Shown: positions 10,589 to 21,346 of the stretch, in pieces
Layout: each line of letters opens with the position of its first letter
Numbering within the stretch: position 1 is the first letter of the stretch
Assembly (NCBI GenBank): GCA_963824385.1
Contig: CAWGPD010000004.1
Coordinates: 416,001 to 480,000, forward strand
Direction: 5' to 3'
From: an uncultured Nitrososphaerota archaeon
GTDB lineage: Archaea; Thermoproteota; Nitrososphaeria; Nitrososphaerales; Nitrosopumilaceae
DNA: 64,000 nt
The notes under the pieces: model-generated
Told to the model about the DNA's origin: nothing
Database searches by the model: none
Seen by the model: only the letters and a program-made list of their open reading frames with translations
Program-made: the position numbers and the translations under genes

Positions 10589-10654
10589 GGATGCTTCAAT
10601 ACTCATAATCTTCATCATACCATCAGTTGGCTTTTCTAGTCATCATCAGCATCC
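10589..10654 (-). ncRNA. Box C/D 2'-O-methylation guide sRNA
   Basis: GGATGCT-G-ATGATGA(C)-13 nt guide-CTGA(D')-TGGT-ATGATGA(C')-12 nt guide-TTGA(D)-AGCATCC, with a perfect 7-bp terminal stem. Confidence 0.85.
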
Positions 10655-10659
10655 GAATT

Positions 10660-11073
10660 TTAATTCTTAATTCTAACTATAATAGTTCTGTCCATGACTT
10701 TCCAGTATTCAACGTCTGAACCCTGGGCAACTTTGTCTTTAATTTCGTCTTCAATTAGTTGTGCATCAAATACTTCAAAGGTTTCAGAGTCCATTATCTG
10801 GGTACTTACAGGTGTTTTTGAGATTATGGAGCCTACTCTTTTATCAATAAGAGGAACTTGAACTTGAGCACTGACTGGTGAGACGTGTGAATATTTTTTC
10901 TTGTCAAATATTCCAACTCCCACTATTCTTGCCTTTGCTGCACCGTGTTTACCTGGTTTACTTGTATCATATTCAACAATTCTACATGGCTCTTCATTGG
11001 GTCCACCTACTGGAAGTAATATGTAAGAGCCAATTTTTAGCGCACCAAGCTCAGATGGCTTACTCATTACCAA
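10660..11073 (-). CDS. eif5a: Translation factor aIF5A
   Basis: SKPGKHGAAK hypusination motif. Confidence 0.95.
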   Translation of the reverse strand: MVMSKPSELGALKIGSYILLPVGGPNEEPCRIVEYDTSKPGKHGAAKARIVGVGIFDKKKYSHVSPVSAQVQVPLIDKRVGSIISKTPVSTQIMDSETFEVFDAQLIEDEIKDKVAQGSDVEYWKVMDRTIIVRIKN

Positions 11074-11155
11074 AACAGAATTTGGAAGAGTATATAACTT
11101 TTCTATTATTGTTTAGAATTACAAGTGATCTCTTGAAAAGAGATTCTCAAAAAAT

Positions 11156-11767
11156 CTATTTTATTTTCTCAATTACTGACAGATTGAGAAGAGTTGTCAT
11201 CCCAATTCCTTTTCTTTGAACCTCTTTTCTTGTTTTCTCACAATATTTGTTATCGGCCTGATGTTTGCTATCACTTGAAACTTCAAGAACTACCAAATTT
11301 CCCTCATATGGAAAAGTGAATTTTTGGGTTTGATTAGTAGACAGTTTGAGAGTTCCCATCTCTGCTCTTCTTACTCTGTTGCGCTTGGCAATAATAAAGC
11401 CAAGATCATCTAAATCAGATTGAGTGTCACCATATTCTAGATAGTAGAATGACAATAAATTCAAATTATGATCTGCTAATCTCTCAAAGAATTCGTCACT
11501 TTTTGTAAAAACAAATGTAGGAGTTTCTTGATTACATTTTTCAACTTCAGTCATAATTTGGGAACGATCTTTGAATCTTGCAAGAAGATACGTATTGGAG
11601 CGTGATGGAAAATATGCTCGACCGTCTTCTGAAAAAGTTGCAGTTACAAAATACATATTGTCGACAAGATCTGAATTTTCAAATGTATTCTTTAATGTAG
11701 TAAAGGAATCGTTTTGTAAATATGGTACACATACATATCCACCTTCAGCCATTTTTACCCCCGACAC
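11156..11767 (-). CDS. Hypothetical protein
   Basis: 203-aa ORF co-oriented with aIF5A; no motif recognised. Confidence 0.7.
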   Translation of the reverse strand: MSGVKMAEGGYVCVPYLQNDSFTTLKNTFENSDLVDNMYFVTATFSEDGRAYFPSRSNTYLLARFKDRSQIMTEVEKCNQETPTFVFTKSDEFFERLADHNLNLLSFYYLEYGDTQSDLDDLGFIIAKRNRVRRAEMGTLKLSTNQTQKFTFPYEGNLVVLEVSSDSKHQADNKYCEKTRKEVQRKGIGMTTLLNLSVIEKIK

Positions 11768-11899
11768 ATCATCGAGACAATCAATCCCGTTTATATGTAA
11801 TATGATCAGCTGAAAAATTTAGCATCAAGATTAGAATTTTTTGAAAAAACATGGATTATCGATAGTTATTTAATACGAAAAAACTGCGTGAGAAACAGT

Positions 11900-12023
11900 C
11901 CCACGCTAGCTCAGCCTGGTAGAGCTTCCGGCTGTAGTGGTTGGCCATCGGCTAACTGTCATTCAGCCTATCAGGCTTACAGAAACCGGGTTGTCGCAGG
12001 TTCAAATCCTGCGCGTGGGACCA
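11900..12023 (+). tRNA. tRNA-Tyr(GTA) with 47-nt intron at 37/38 (11938-11984) and encoded CCA
   Basis: Acceptor CCCACGC/GCGTGGG, anticodon GTA at 11934-11936, GGTTCAAATCC T arm, BHB helix CTGT/ACAG. Confidence 0.95.
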
Positions 12024-12061
12024 TCATAAACTTCAAAAAGTCATTACTCAAATAGAAAACC

Positions 12062-12568
12062 ATGTCAGATGATCAAAACTGGTCTACATTAGATGAGGTT
12101 GATCAAAAGATAATTAACATTCTTAACAAGAATGCAAGGACGCCATCAAAAGAAATAGCAAGTGAACTGAGAAATTTTGGAGTAGATGTATCAGACAGAA
12201 CAATTCGAAAAAGAATTGAAAGACTGGAGAAGAACGGAATCATAAAAGGCTACAAGGCAGTATTGAGTGGCATATCTTCAAATGATCTGTTTGAAGCATT
12301 ATTTCTCAAACTCAAAATAACAAGATCAATGGATACCATAACAGAATCCATAAAAAATTACGTCAAGACTTTGCCAAACTATCTCTTTGTTGCTACAGTA
12401 GATGGAGACTGGAATATGATCACAGTACTAAGAGTAGAAGGGACAGAAAAAACCCCATCAGCGCGAGTAGTAGAAAAATTCTCCGACCAGATTATAGATT
12501 ACAAGATAAATGGAATTCAAATCAAAGATGTGAATCTGCTTAACATGTCGATGTTATTACTTAATTGA
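12062..12568 (+). CDS. Lrp/AsnC family transcriptional regulator
   Basis: LDEVDQKIINIL..NAR...RIERLEKNGIIKGY. Confidence 0.88.
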   Translation: MSDDQNWSTLDEVDQKIINILNKNARTPSKEIASELRNFGVDVSDRTIRKRIERLEKNGIIKGYKAVLSGISSNDLFEALFLKLKITRSMDTITESIKNYVKTLPNYLFVATVDGDWNMITVLRVEGTEKTPSARVVEKFSDQIIDYKINGIQIKDVNLLNMSMLLLN

Positions 12569-13305
12569 TTTCAGACAACTTAGCTGTATCTAGTGCATTT
12601 TTTAACTCGTTTATTGAAAAGGGTTTTTGAACAAACGCTGTTGAACCATAACCAATAGTACTTCGAACTCGCGGTGTTGATTTTTCATCGGCAGTAATTA
12701 ATATAATTGAAATATCCGGTTTAGCTTTTAGAAGCGTTTTTGCAATAACATCTCCTTTTAGGTCTGGCAATTCCATATCAAGTAATACAATCGGATTTTG
12801 CTTTGATTTTATAAGTGTCGAAACGAGATTAATTGCTGATTTTCCATTTGCAGTCTGTTTGGATATCATCATAACCTAACTGTTGGAGAAAATTTTTAAG
12901 TCTTAATAAAATTGCAGGGCTGTCATCAACTACAACAATCGGTCTTTTTTCCTCAATTACTTTTGGCGTATACCTTTGAGCAGATTCAAATGCTTTCATT
13001 GCGTCATCATAATGTCCAGTTCTTAGAAAACATCTTGCGGCACACTGATAGGCATAATTTGCATTAGTGGGATCCTTTTTTGCAATCTTGATATAGAAAT
13101 TAGCAGCTTCCAAAAGTTCTTCCTTTCTTTCCTTTCCCTGCTTTGATTTACATTCAGATGCCAGTATTAGGTAGAGTCCAGCTTTGTAGCTGTTATTTTT
13201 CATCTCTTTTTGGGCAAGTGCAGTAAACAAGTTGTGAGCTGCAGCACTCTGATCATTTTTAAGATAAGTGCAAGCTAGGTCAAATTTTTCCAAGTCTTGG
13301 TCCAT
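12561..13305 (-). CDS. Response regulator with N-terminal TPR-like helical domain; one +1 frameshift at ~12854
   Basis: VVDDS, LLDMELPD, ITA and KPF receiver motifs across two ORF pieces. Confidence 0.85.
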
Positions 13306-13422
13306 TTCTAGAAATATACAAGATCCGCTTATAATATTTGGGATGTGTTAGAGGAAAACTCTTGACTTGAGCTGAGGAAAAGAGTAGATAAAACACGTAT
13401 TATAAACAAAAAAAGCAGTAAG

Positions 13423-14085
13423 ATGGTGAGCAAAGAAAATCCAGATGTAGGTATTTCTCAACCGCCAGTGAACATATTATTTAGTCCTCTAGATGTTTCA
13501 AAAAAGGATGTATGGAGTATAGATGTAATACGCATCCTAGATATTTTGATTAAAATTCTCAATCAGACAGATAAGAAAGATCTCAGAGTAGCAGGAATTG
13601 CGGCCTTGTCTTCAGCCATGATACACAGAATGAAGGTAGAAAGTATTTTTGCGCTACAAAAGGCAGCCATGGAGAAAAAACCTCTTACCCAAAGAGAAGA
13701 CATGGACATTGAAATAATTAACATGCCATACAGACACGAGTCTACATATCCAGTAACACTGGATGAATTGTTATCAGTTTTAGAAAATCTTATTGGAACA
13801 ATAGCAAATCCGCGTTCAAGTAGAAGACAACTTGAGTTTGAGCCAGTCCAAGCCCCCAATTTTGATGATTATTTCATCTCTCTTGAGAAGATCATAGGAC
13901 AATATGAAGAACTGATAATGAACAAAATTAAAGCCACAGGCTTTGGATCCTTTAAGAGTATAACATCGGAGTCTGAGCTCATTGATGTAATCAGATGTTT
14001 CTTTGCCATTCTCTTTTTGGCAAGGGATATGAAAGTAGACCTTGAACAGACTGAAGATGACATAGTAGTCTCTCTGATAAAATAG
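13423..14085 (+). CDS. scpA: Segregation and condensation protein A (kleisin)
   Basis: DVWSIDV, VTLDELL, FFAILFLA; directly upstream of scpB. Confidence 0.8.
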   Translation: MVSKENPDVGISQPPVNILFSPLDVSKKDVWSIDVIRILDILIKILNQTDKKDLRVAGIAALSSAMIHRMKVESIFALQKAAMEKKPLTQREDMDIEIINMPYRHESTYPVTLDELLSVLENLIGTIANPRSSRRQLEFEPVQAPNFDDYFISLEKIIGQYEELIMNKIKATGFGSFKSITSESELIDVIRCFFAILFLARDMKVDLEQTEDDIVVSLIK

Positions 14086-14154
14086 AAATTTACAAGTAGA
14101 TCAACAGTCAGTAGGAATTTCATTTAAGTATGCTCCAACCCTTACTTGTTTCAT

Positions 14155-14736
14155 ATGGGAAAGATAGAAGATGATGAGGCAATGGCACGACTAGAAGCAT
14201 CACTATATTCAGCAGGAAGACCCCTAACCATAGAGGAATTGATAAGAGCATCTGGAACAGAATCCAGAACCAAGACTTTGGCCTTGATGACAAATCTTGT
14301 CAAAAAGACAAAATCAGCATTTCAAGCAATTGAGGTAGCTAGCCTACCAGACGGATCATATGTATTTCAACTAAAACCAGAGTATAACACAGTAATTCGA
14401 AAGTATGCATCAAAGCCACTTTTGCCTACTGCTACACTTAAGACATTATCGTATATTGCATACATGCAACCAGTCTCTTCAAAGAGGCTAGTAGAAGTAA
14501 GAGGATCTGGTGTATACATGCATCTAAAACTATTACAACAGCTGGACTATATCGAGCACCAAAATGTTGGAAGATTAAAGATTTACAATACGACTGAAAA
14601 ATTCCAGAAATACTTTGGCATTCAAGGAGACAAGGATCTTCTAAAACAGAAACTCTTTACAAAAGTAAGAAATCCAAGTCAGGTCCCAGTTGCAGAAGAA
14701 TCCTTACCTGCTGAACCCTTGACTCCAAGCCAATAA
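14155..14736 (+). CDS. scpB: Segregation and condensation protein B
   Basis: LEASLYSAGRPL, TLSYIAYMQPVS, VRG, TTEKFQKYFG. Confidence 0.9.
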   Translation: MGKIEDDEAMARLEASLYSAGRPLTIEELIRASGTESRTKTLALMTNLVKKTKSAFQAIEVASLPDGSYVFQLKPEYNTVIRKYASKPLLPTATLKTLSYIAYMQPVSSKRLVEVRGSGVYMHLKLLQQLDYIEHQNVGRLKIYNTTEKFQKYFGIQGDKDLLKQKLFTKVRNPSQVPVAEESLPAEPLTPSQ

Positions 14737-14800
14737 TCAAACCAAAAATAGCATCCCATACTGTAAATGGTATAAATTAGAGTTACTTTATCGAATCAAC

Positions 14801-15181
14801 ATGAAGAAATCTGTGGAAAATCTTGCTACAAGTAAGATTACTGGTGGAAGAAGATATCCTCTACGATCAAGACGAAAATATGAAATCGACAGATATTCTG
14901 TAGAAGCAATTAAAGGAGAACAGGTAACCATATCGCGAAAGACTCGGGGAGGAAATCAAAAAACATCATTGAAGACCACAGATGTTGTAAATTTATCAGT
15001 TCCAGGTTCCAAGGTCAAGAAATTAAAAATTCTCAAGGTGTTAAAGAATTCATCAAACAAAGATTATGAAAGACGCGGAGTAATTTCAAAAGGAGCAATA
15101 TTAGAAACAGAAGCAGGTCAGTGCAGAGTGATTTCTAGACCTGGTCAAGATGGCGCAGTTAATGCAATCTTGATAAAGTGA
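14801..15181 (+). CDS. rps8e: 30S ribosomal protein S8e
   Basis: KITGGR, RGGN, SRPGQDGAVNA. Confidence 0.95.
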   Translation: MKKSVENLATSKITGGRRYPLRSRRKYEIDRYSVEAIKGEQVTISRKTRGGNQKTSLKTTDVVNLSVPGSKVKKLKILKVLKNSSNKDYERRGVISKGAILETEAGQCRVISRPGQDGAVNAILIK

Positions 15182-15185
15182 TAAG

Positions 15186-15485
15186 ATGAAGGATTACGAA
15201 CACGTCGTAGTCTGGCTGGATTATTTTAATAAAACCATTACAAAGAAAATGGGTAGACGTGTATCCCGTGAAAAGAGCATCTTTGATCCATCATTAAATG
15301 AATTAATATCCGCTGCCAAAGCTGCAGGGCTTGAGCCAACTGAGACAAATGATCAAGTTAGATTTCCAAGAAGACCGTATGTCAGGTCTGGATATATCAC
15401 ACTTGTTAAGGCTCAGCCAAAATCAAAAATAATTTCTGCAATTTCTGAAAAACTAGTTTCAAGAAGAGCAAAGCAGACCAAGTAA
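15186..15485 (+). CDS. srp19: Signal recognition particle protein SRP19
   Basis: VVWLDYF...GRRV...P...FPR; context between rps8e and gar1. Confidence 0.88.
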   Translation: MKDYEHVVVWLDYFNKTITKKMGRRVSREKSIFDPSLNELISAAKAAGLEPTETNDQVRFPRRPYVRSGYITLVKAQPKSKIISAISEKLVSRRAKQTK

Positions 15486-15547
15486 ATAGTGTTTATAGCT
15501 TGAAGCTAAAGTAATTTTGACAGAACTCTATTGATAACAGTATTTGA

Positions 15548-15832
15548 TTGAGAATTCAATTGCAGGAGGTAGGCGAAGTATTGCATCTAGCGAGTAGCGG
15601 TAGAGTCATCATTAGGCTCACAAAACATCTAAGAGATAACCAGATAGTCGTAGACAACTCTGGAGTCAAAATCGCCAAAGTGTCAGAAATGATAGGTCCT
15701 GTTGATGCACCATATGCTTCAGCGGTTCCGCTTACCAACAATATCAAAAAATACATTGGGAAAAAAGTTTTCATCGTCGAAGAATCTCCTGTGATGAGAC
15801 CCAAAAGATTCAAAGGAAATAGAAGAAGATGA
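15548..15832 (+). CDS. gar1: H/ACA RNP component Gar1
   Basis: KVSEMIGPVDAPY motif; upstream of tfb. Confidence 0.85.
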   Translation: MRIQLQEVGEVLHLASSGRVIIRLTKHLRDNQIVVDNSGVKIAKVSEMIGPVDAPYASAVPLTNNIKKYIGKKVFIVEESPVMRPKRFKGNRRR

Positions 15833-16788
15833 CCATGACAGAACTACAAACAAATTGCCCAGAATGTCATTCCAATTTAATTGACGACATTCACAACGGG
15901 GAGAAGATTTGTTCTGGCTGCGGATTGGTCGCAATGGAACAGATGCCAGATTACGGGCACGAATCAAGAGCAACAAATCCAGAAGACAAGATGAAGTTGA
16001 CACGAGCATCAGGACAGACAAGTTATGCACAACATGACTTGGGAATTAGAACAGAGATTGCCATGGGAACAAAAGACTTCAGTGGAAGAACAATATCAAG
16101 CGACATGGCAAATCAGATGTACAACCTAAGAAAGTGGCAGACTAGAATCAGAGTTGCATCACCAGAAGAACGACGACTTGCAAACATTTTAGCAAAGATA
16201 GGCGAAACATGTCATGCCCTGTCATTGCCAAGAAATGTAATCGAGTCGGCATCTATGATATACAGAAACTTTCAGGGACAAGCAGACGCAAAAGGTAAGT
16301 CAGTTGCATGCATGTCAGCTGCAACAATTTACATGGCATGCAAACAATGCGATGTTGTAAGATCCCTTGATGAGATCTGTGCTGCAACAGGAAGTTCAAA
16401 AGAAGAAAAGCTCAATGTCAAACTAACGGCAAAATACTATAGAACACTTGTGATGGAACTGGGTTCTACAACAGCACCAGTAGTAACTCTTGAAAAATAC
16501 ATATCAAAAATAGCAAATCTGGCAAAACTTGAAGTTCGTGTAGAAAGACTTGCTGCAGAAATTGCAGAAAAAACATCTGACCACAGTCTTGCCGACGGAA
16601 AAGCTCCAAACGGATTGGCTGCTGCCTATCTATACATAGCATCAACTCTCCTTGGACAGAGCATCCTTCAAAGAGATGTCTCAAGTGTAGCAGGAATAAC
16701 TGAGGTCACTATTAGAAACAGATGCAAGGAAATTCTCACAGCCTACAAGATCAAAGTGACATTACGACAATCGCTAGTCAAGAACTAA
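15829..16788 (+). CDS. tfb: Transcription initiation factor IIB (TFB)
   Basis: Zn ribbon CPEC..CSGCG, LRKWQ, two cyclin repeats, VTIRNR. Confidence 0.95.
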   Translation: MTMTELQTNCPECHSNLIDDIHNGEKICSGCGLVAMEQMPDYGHESRATNPEDKMKLTRASGQTSYAQHDLGIRTEIAMGTKDFSGRTISSDMANQMYNLRKWQTRIRVASPEERRLANILAKIGETCHALSLPRNVIESASMIYRNFQGQADAKGKSVACMSAATIYMACKQCDVVRSLDEICAATGSSKEEKLNVKLTAKYYRTLVMELGSTTAPVVTLEKYISKIANLAKLEVRVERLAAEIAEKTSDHSLADGKAPNGLAAAYLYIASTLLGQSILQRDVSSVAGITEVTIRNRCKEILTAYKIKVTLRQSLVKN

Positions 16789-16790
16789 CC

Positions 16791-16806
16791 CTTTTTCTTT
16801 ATTTTT
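16791..16806 (+). terminator. U-rich archaeal terminator after tfb
   Basis: CTTTTTCTTTATTTTT immediately after the stop codon. Confidence 0.5.
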
Positions 16807-16828
16807 AATCTAGTCCGTTAGGATGACC

Positions 16829-17017
16829 TTATCCAGATATGGCTATTTTTGTCAGATATCCCGCATTTGTACGATAAGAAAGACAAGAGGTATGTTGGTG
16901 CCTTAATGTTTCTCTGCTACACATCTTGCATATTTTTTGTATCGTCTTTCTGCAATTACTACACCAAAGATGTTTTACAAGTTCTCCTCCACATCTTCTG
17001 CAACTCTCATCAGGCAT
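16829..17017 (-). CDS. Small Cys-rich zinc-binding protein
   Basis: CRRC, CSNC, CKMC, HTSC. Confidence 0.7.
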   Translation of the reverse strand: MPDESCRRCGGELVKHLWCSNCRKTIQKICKMCSRETLRHQHTSCLSYRTNAGYLTKIAISG

Positions 17018-17203
17018 TATACAATCACACTTGTGATTACAAGATCTTTGCTTTTAGTAGAGTGTAAATAGATTTAGTAGTTCACCATATGAATCAGATT
17101 TTATTTTAAAATAAAGACCAGTATGATACTGACTAGAATATATGATAGAATAGGGTGTTCCCTATGAAAAAACTAAAAATAAAAAAGAAAAGTTGGTTGT
17201 TCT

Positions 17204-18413
17204 TTATGGGTATGCCCAGATCTGTTGTCCGTTGTATTTTATTTGAGCAAGACCTGCATAGTCCAAGTTTTGTAGGACACCTGGTAATGGAGCATAACCT
17301 AGTTTTCCTGCATATTGCTGGCCGTCGGATAGCATCCAGTAGAGCATGTAGACTAGATCATTTGCTTTTTGTTGACTCTCACCCTTGATCTGATCAAGAT
17401 TTGGATTCACCAGTAGATATGTGAATGATGAGATAGGATATGAGTTTGGACCCGCTACATTAGCAATCGACACATGACTCCAATCTCCGTCTGAAGTTGG
17501 CAGTGAAGATATTGCACTTGATGCAGCTGCTTCAACATTTGTCATGGTTGGTTGAAGAAATGCAGTTCCGTCAGCGTTTTGAATATATGCATATGGCATA
17601 GGAACTTTGCCCGAGCCTGCAACTAAACCTGCACCGCTGCCGGTATTAGTTGTCAAGAAGTTATGTGTGGCATATCCATATTCAACATATCCTAGTGAGT
17701 CAGGAACGGTCTTGACTACATTGGCAACTCCAGCATTACCTGAGCCTCCAATTCCTCCTTTCCATGGAACAGATGTTCCTTTTCCTACTTCTCCAGCCCA
17801 GTCATCACTGACTTTGCTAAGATAATCGGTGAAGGCATATGTTGTTCCAGAACCATCAGATCTGTGTACAAGAACAATCTTGTTTCGATCATCTTTCAAT
17901 GCTTGTGCAATATTTGGATCTGTTTGAAGACTTACTATAGCTGGATCATTCCAGGTAGTAATTTCACCCAGATAGATTTTTGCTATAACATCTCCTGTTA
18001 ACAAGAGTCCATTATGACGAACTCCTTCAAGATTGTAAGTCATAACTATCGCGCCCATTGACTCTGGAATAGTAAGAGTTCCTGGTGGAGCTTTTGCAAT
18101 TTGAGCTGTCTGCAATGGAGCATCAGTTCCTGCAAAATCTACCTTACTTGTCAGAAACAAGCTTGATACCAGCGCCACTACCTACTGATTGATAGTTCAA
18201 TTTGATTCCTGGGTATATTTGATTAAATTTAACTCTCCATTTATCCATTAATGGATATATGAAAGTTGAACCCCCGGAATTGTATTTGAATTTATCACCA
18301 TCGGCAGGTGGTGTCGGACCGGGATTTGTACTCTGTGCATGCGCACTAAGAACAGTTGTCGGTACTAAAAGAATTAACATTAATGTTAATCCTAGTAAGA
18401 CTTTTTTTGTCAT
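17204..18413 (-). CDS. pstS: Phosphate ABC substrate-binding protein PstS (paralog 1, no C-terminal anchor); one +1 frameshift at ~18160
   Basis: Signal peptide, GSTF.YP, GSGAG, DFAGTD, RSDGSGTT, YPI. Confidence 0.9.
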
Positions 18414-18619
18414 TGAGCTGATCTAAAACAATTGGTATTTACATAAGATCGACATAGATCATGTAACTAACTATATGCTACATTGATTTGTGAAATTCAT
18501 TTGTATACAACATAAGTTATAGAATCACCATAGTAAGAGATTAAAACACATTTATTGTGAATGAAAAAATCCAATAATTTTTAGGTGTTGTTTTAGAATC
18601 GTACGACTTGCAGATCAAA

Positions 18620-19085
18620 TTAATGTATTATCAGTACTGGACAGGTAGCATTTTCCAAAATATGTCTACTAACACTTCCTAGAACTTTTTTTTCAATACC
18701 TTTGTGCCCTTGACTACCCATAACAATTAGATCAACATCATTTGTTTTTACAAAATCAAGTACTGCGTCTCCTGGTTTAGGCTGAGATTATCTCATAGTC
18801 TGCCTCTACTCCCTGTTTCCTGCAATATTCCACAGTTTCTTGAAGTATGTGATCTGCCTTCTTTGCTGCAACATCTACATACTCATCAAATGATTTATTC
18901 CAGTCCACCCCCTGAACCATTCCAAAAAACATGCCTGGCGGTTCAAGCACTGGCGTATGCACCGCCATAATAATACTAAACTCAGAACCAAAATCTTTTG
19001 CAAGCTTGAGGGCTTCATCAAGTGCCCTCTGTGCATATTTCGAACCATCAAATGGAACTAAAATGTGCGAATAAATTTTTGTCAT
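18620..19085 (-). CDS. Universal stress protein; one +1 frameshift at ~18781
   Basis: ILVPFDGS; the repaired frame gives DLIVMGSQG...LGSVSRHILENATCPVLII*. Confidence 0.9.
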
Positions 19086-19396
19086 AACGTATGTTGTATC
19101 CCAATCTATTATAGTAGATGAAAAATATCACGTATGAGAACTATGAGTATTATGAAAATATGAATAGATAATAATTTATCTATAGAAATCATATATGAAG
19201 AAAAATCTATGTAATTCAATCCGAGGCATAATACTCAGATTGTCAATTGAATTGTTAACAATGTATTGAACATTGTAATACCTTAGACACTAGATTTGCG
19301 GATTTATCCAATTGTAGCAACTTAAGAATTGATAATTTTAAAAAAGTACCGAAATAAACCAACTGTGGAATGATAATTTTAAAAAAGAAAAAGAGT

Positions 19397-20613
19397 TTAG
19401 AGTTTTGGACTAAATCTCAGTCCAGTCTTTGCTGAAACTGCAATTATTGATACAATTGCAATTGCAAGAACTAGAGCTGACGATTGGGCCAAATTCTGGT
19501 ACTGCTGCATTACCTGCTGGTGCTATGGTACTGGTTATTGCTTGACCATTGAAGGTCACTGTAGCAAGTCCATCCATGTCTACCTTCTTAATGGAATCTG
19601 GTAATGGCACATACAACAACCCTGAAGCATATTGTTGACCATCATTAACTATCCAGGTGATGAAATTTATCACCTCGGTTGCCTTGTCCTGCGTTTCCCC
19701 CTTAATTGTACTCATGTCTTGATATATCATGACATAAGTCAATGTGGATATTGGGTACGAGTTACTTCCTGGTTGGTTAACAATTGATACTTTACTCCAG
19801 TCTCCGTTTGATGCTGGCAAGTTTGAACCAGCTGCTGCGGCGTCCGCTGCAACACTGTCAAGAGTTGGCTCTACAAATGCAGTTCCATCCGCATTTTGGA
19901 CAAATGCGTATGTCATATTGCTTTGATAAACATATGCAAGTTCTACATAGCCTACAGCGTATGGTGTAGTTTTTACTATGTTAGCAACACCTTCATTTCC
20001 TTTTCCTCCAGTACCAACTGGCCAAGGGACTGACTTTCCTTTACCTATTTTAGTATTCCAATCAGGACTGATTTTGGAAAGATAGTCAGTAAAAGCATAT
20101 GTTGTTCCAGAACCATCAGATCGGTGAGATACTACAATATTTTGACTTGGTAGAGTTGTTCCCGGATTGAGGTTTGCTATTGCAGGATCATTCCATGAGG
20201 TTATGTTGCCCATGAAGATCTGTGCAATTACAGGTCCTGTAAGTTTTAGGCCTTTATCAATTCCAGGAAGGTTATATGCAATTGTTATTCCCCCTATTGA
20301 ATCTGGAATGGTAAGTACTCCTGGTGCATTTTGTTGATCAGTTGTTGATAATGGTGCATCAGATGCTGCAAAATCCACATTCTTTGCTTCTAAGAGACTT
20401 TATTCCTGCTCCACTTCCAAGTGACTGGTAGTTGAGTTGGATGTTCTGGTAGATTTTGTTGTATTGAACTCTCCATGTATCCATTATTGGAAACACGAAT
20501 GTTGAACCTGCTCCTGTTATCGTATAACTTGTCTGTGCAAGCACCGGTAATGACATTGCTGGCACTATTAGAATTAGCATAAATGCTAATCCCAGAATGA
20601 CTTTGTTTGTCAT
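19397..20613 (-). CDS. pstS: PstS (paralog 2) with PEFG-CTERM anchor; two +1 frameshifts
   Basis: GAGSTF, DFAASD, RSDGSGTT; repaired C-terminus VPEFGPIAALVLAIAIVSIIAVSAKTGLRFSPKL*. Confidence 0.92.
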
Positions 20614-20673
20614 GTAAACTGTGCAAAAAATATCATATTTACCTTTGCCTACCATAGTTTTCATGTTAATATG

Positions 20674-20689
20674 AAATCTATATAGATTT
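20674..20689. promoter_or_regulatory. 16-bp perfect palindrome AAATCTATATAGATTT upstream of pstS-2
   Basis: Seen directly; its CTATATAG core recurs in other intergenic regions of the phosphate island. Confidence 0.55.
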
Positions 20690-20722
20690 GACCTAGTGAA
20701 ATAATTTTTATAAATTAAACTA

Positions 20723-21346
20723 CTAATAGGTTCTCGTACCAGTTACAATATAGTTTACCGAGTCACCTACGAATGCCGCATGGTCTGCCATTCTCTCCAT
20801 ATATCTTAGAACCAAGGCATCAGCAAGAGCACATTTTACATTACCAAGCATTATCAACATTGGCAGGTGTTTGTTATAATATTTATCAACAAGATCTTCA
20901 TCAGTTCGCAATTCATGAGCCTTATTAAGATCAAGGGTTGCAAAACATTCTACAGCAAGTTTGACCATCTGTTTAATTTCACCAGATAAAGTATAGATTA
21001 CTTCATTCTTACATTCAGTGAGATCTCCAAAAGTTTCACGAACCATTGTTATGTCATATGCATATCTACTCAATCGTGTAAATCCATATGAAATCTCAAG
21101 TGAGGAACGAATAAGCCTAAAGTCACTTGCAACAGGCTGATACCTAAGAATCATTTCAAATGTCAAATCACCAACTTTGTCATACAAATTCATCATTTGA
21201 CTAGAGAGTTCATGAACCTGTTTTCTAGCATTTTGTCCACCCAAGTAAGAGTCGATTGCAAGATTTGCAGATTGGATAGACAAGTCTGACATTTGTTTCA
21301 TCATTTCAGATAAATTTTGTAAATGTGGATCTATAAGACGTGTCAT
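20723..21346 (-). CDS. phoU: Phosphate uptake regulator PhoU
   Basis: QPVASDFR, ERMADHA; last gene of the pst operon. Confidence 0.88.
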   Translation of the reverse strand: MTRLIDPHLQNLSEMMKQMSDLSIQSANLAIDSYLGGQNARKQVHELSSQMMNLYDKVGDLTFEMILRYQPVASDFRLIRSSLEISYGFTRLSRYAYDITMVRETFGDLTECKNEVIYTLSGEIKQMVKLAVECFATLDLNKAHELRTDEDLVDKYYNKHLPMLIMLGNVKCALADALVLRYMERMADHAAFVGDSVNYIVTGTRTY

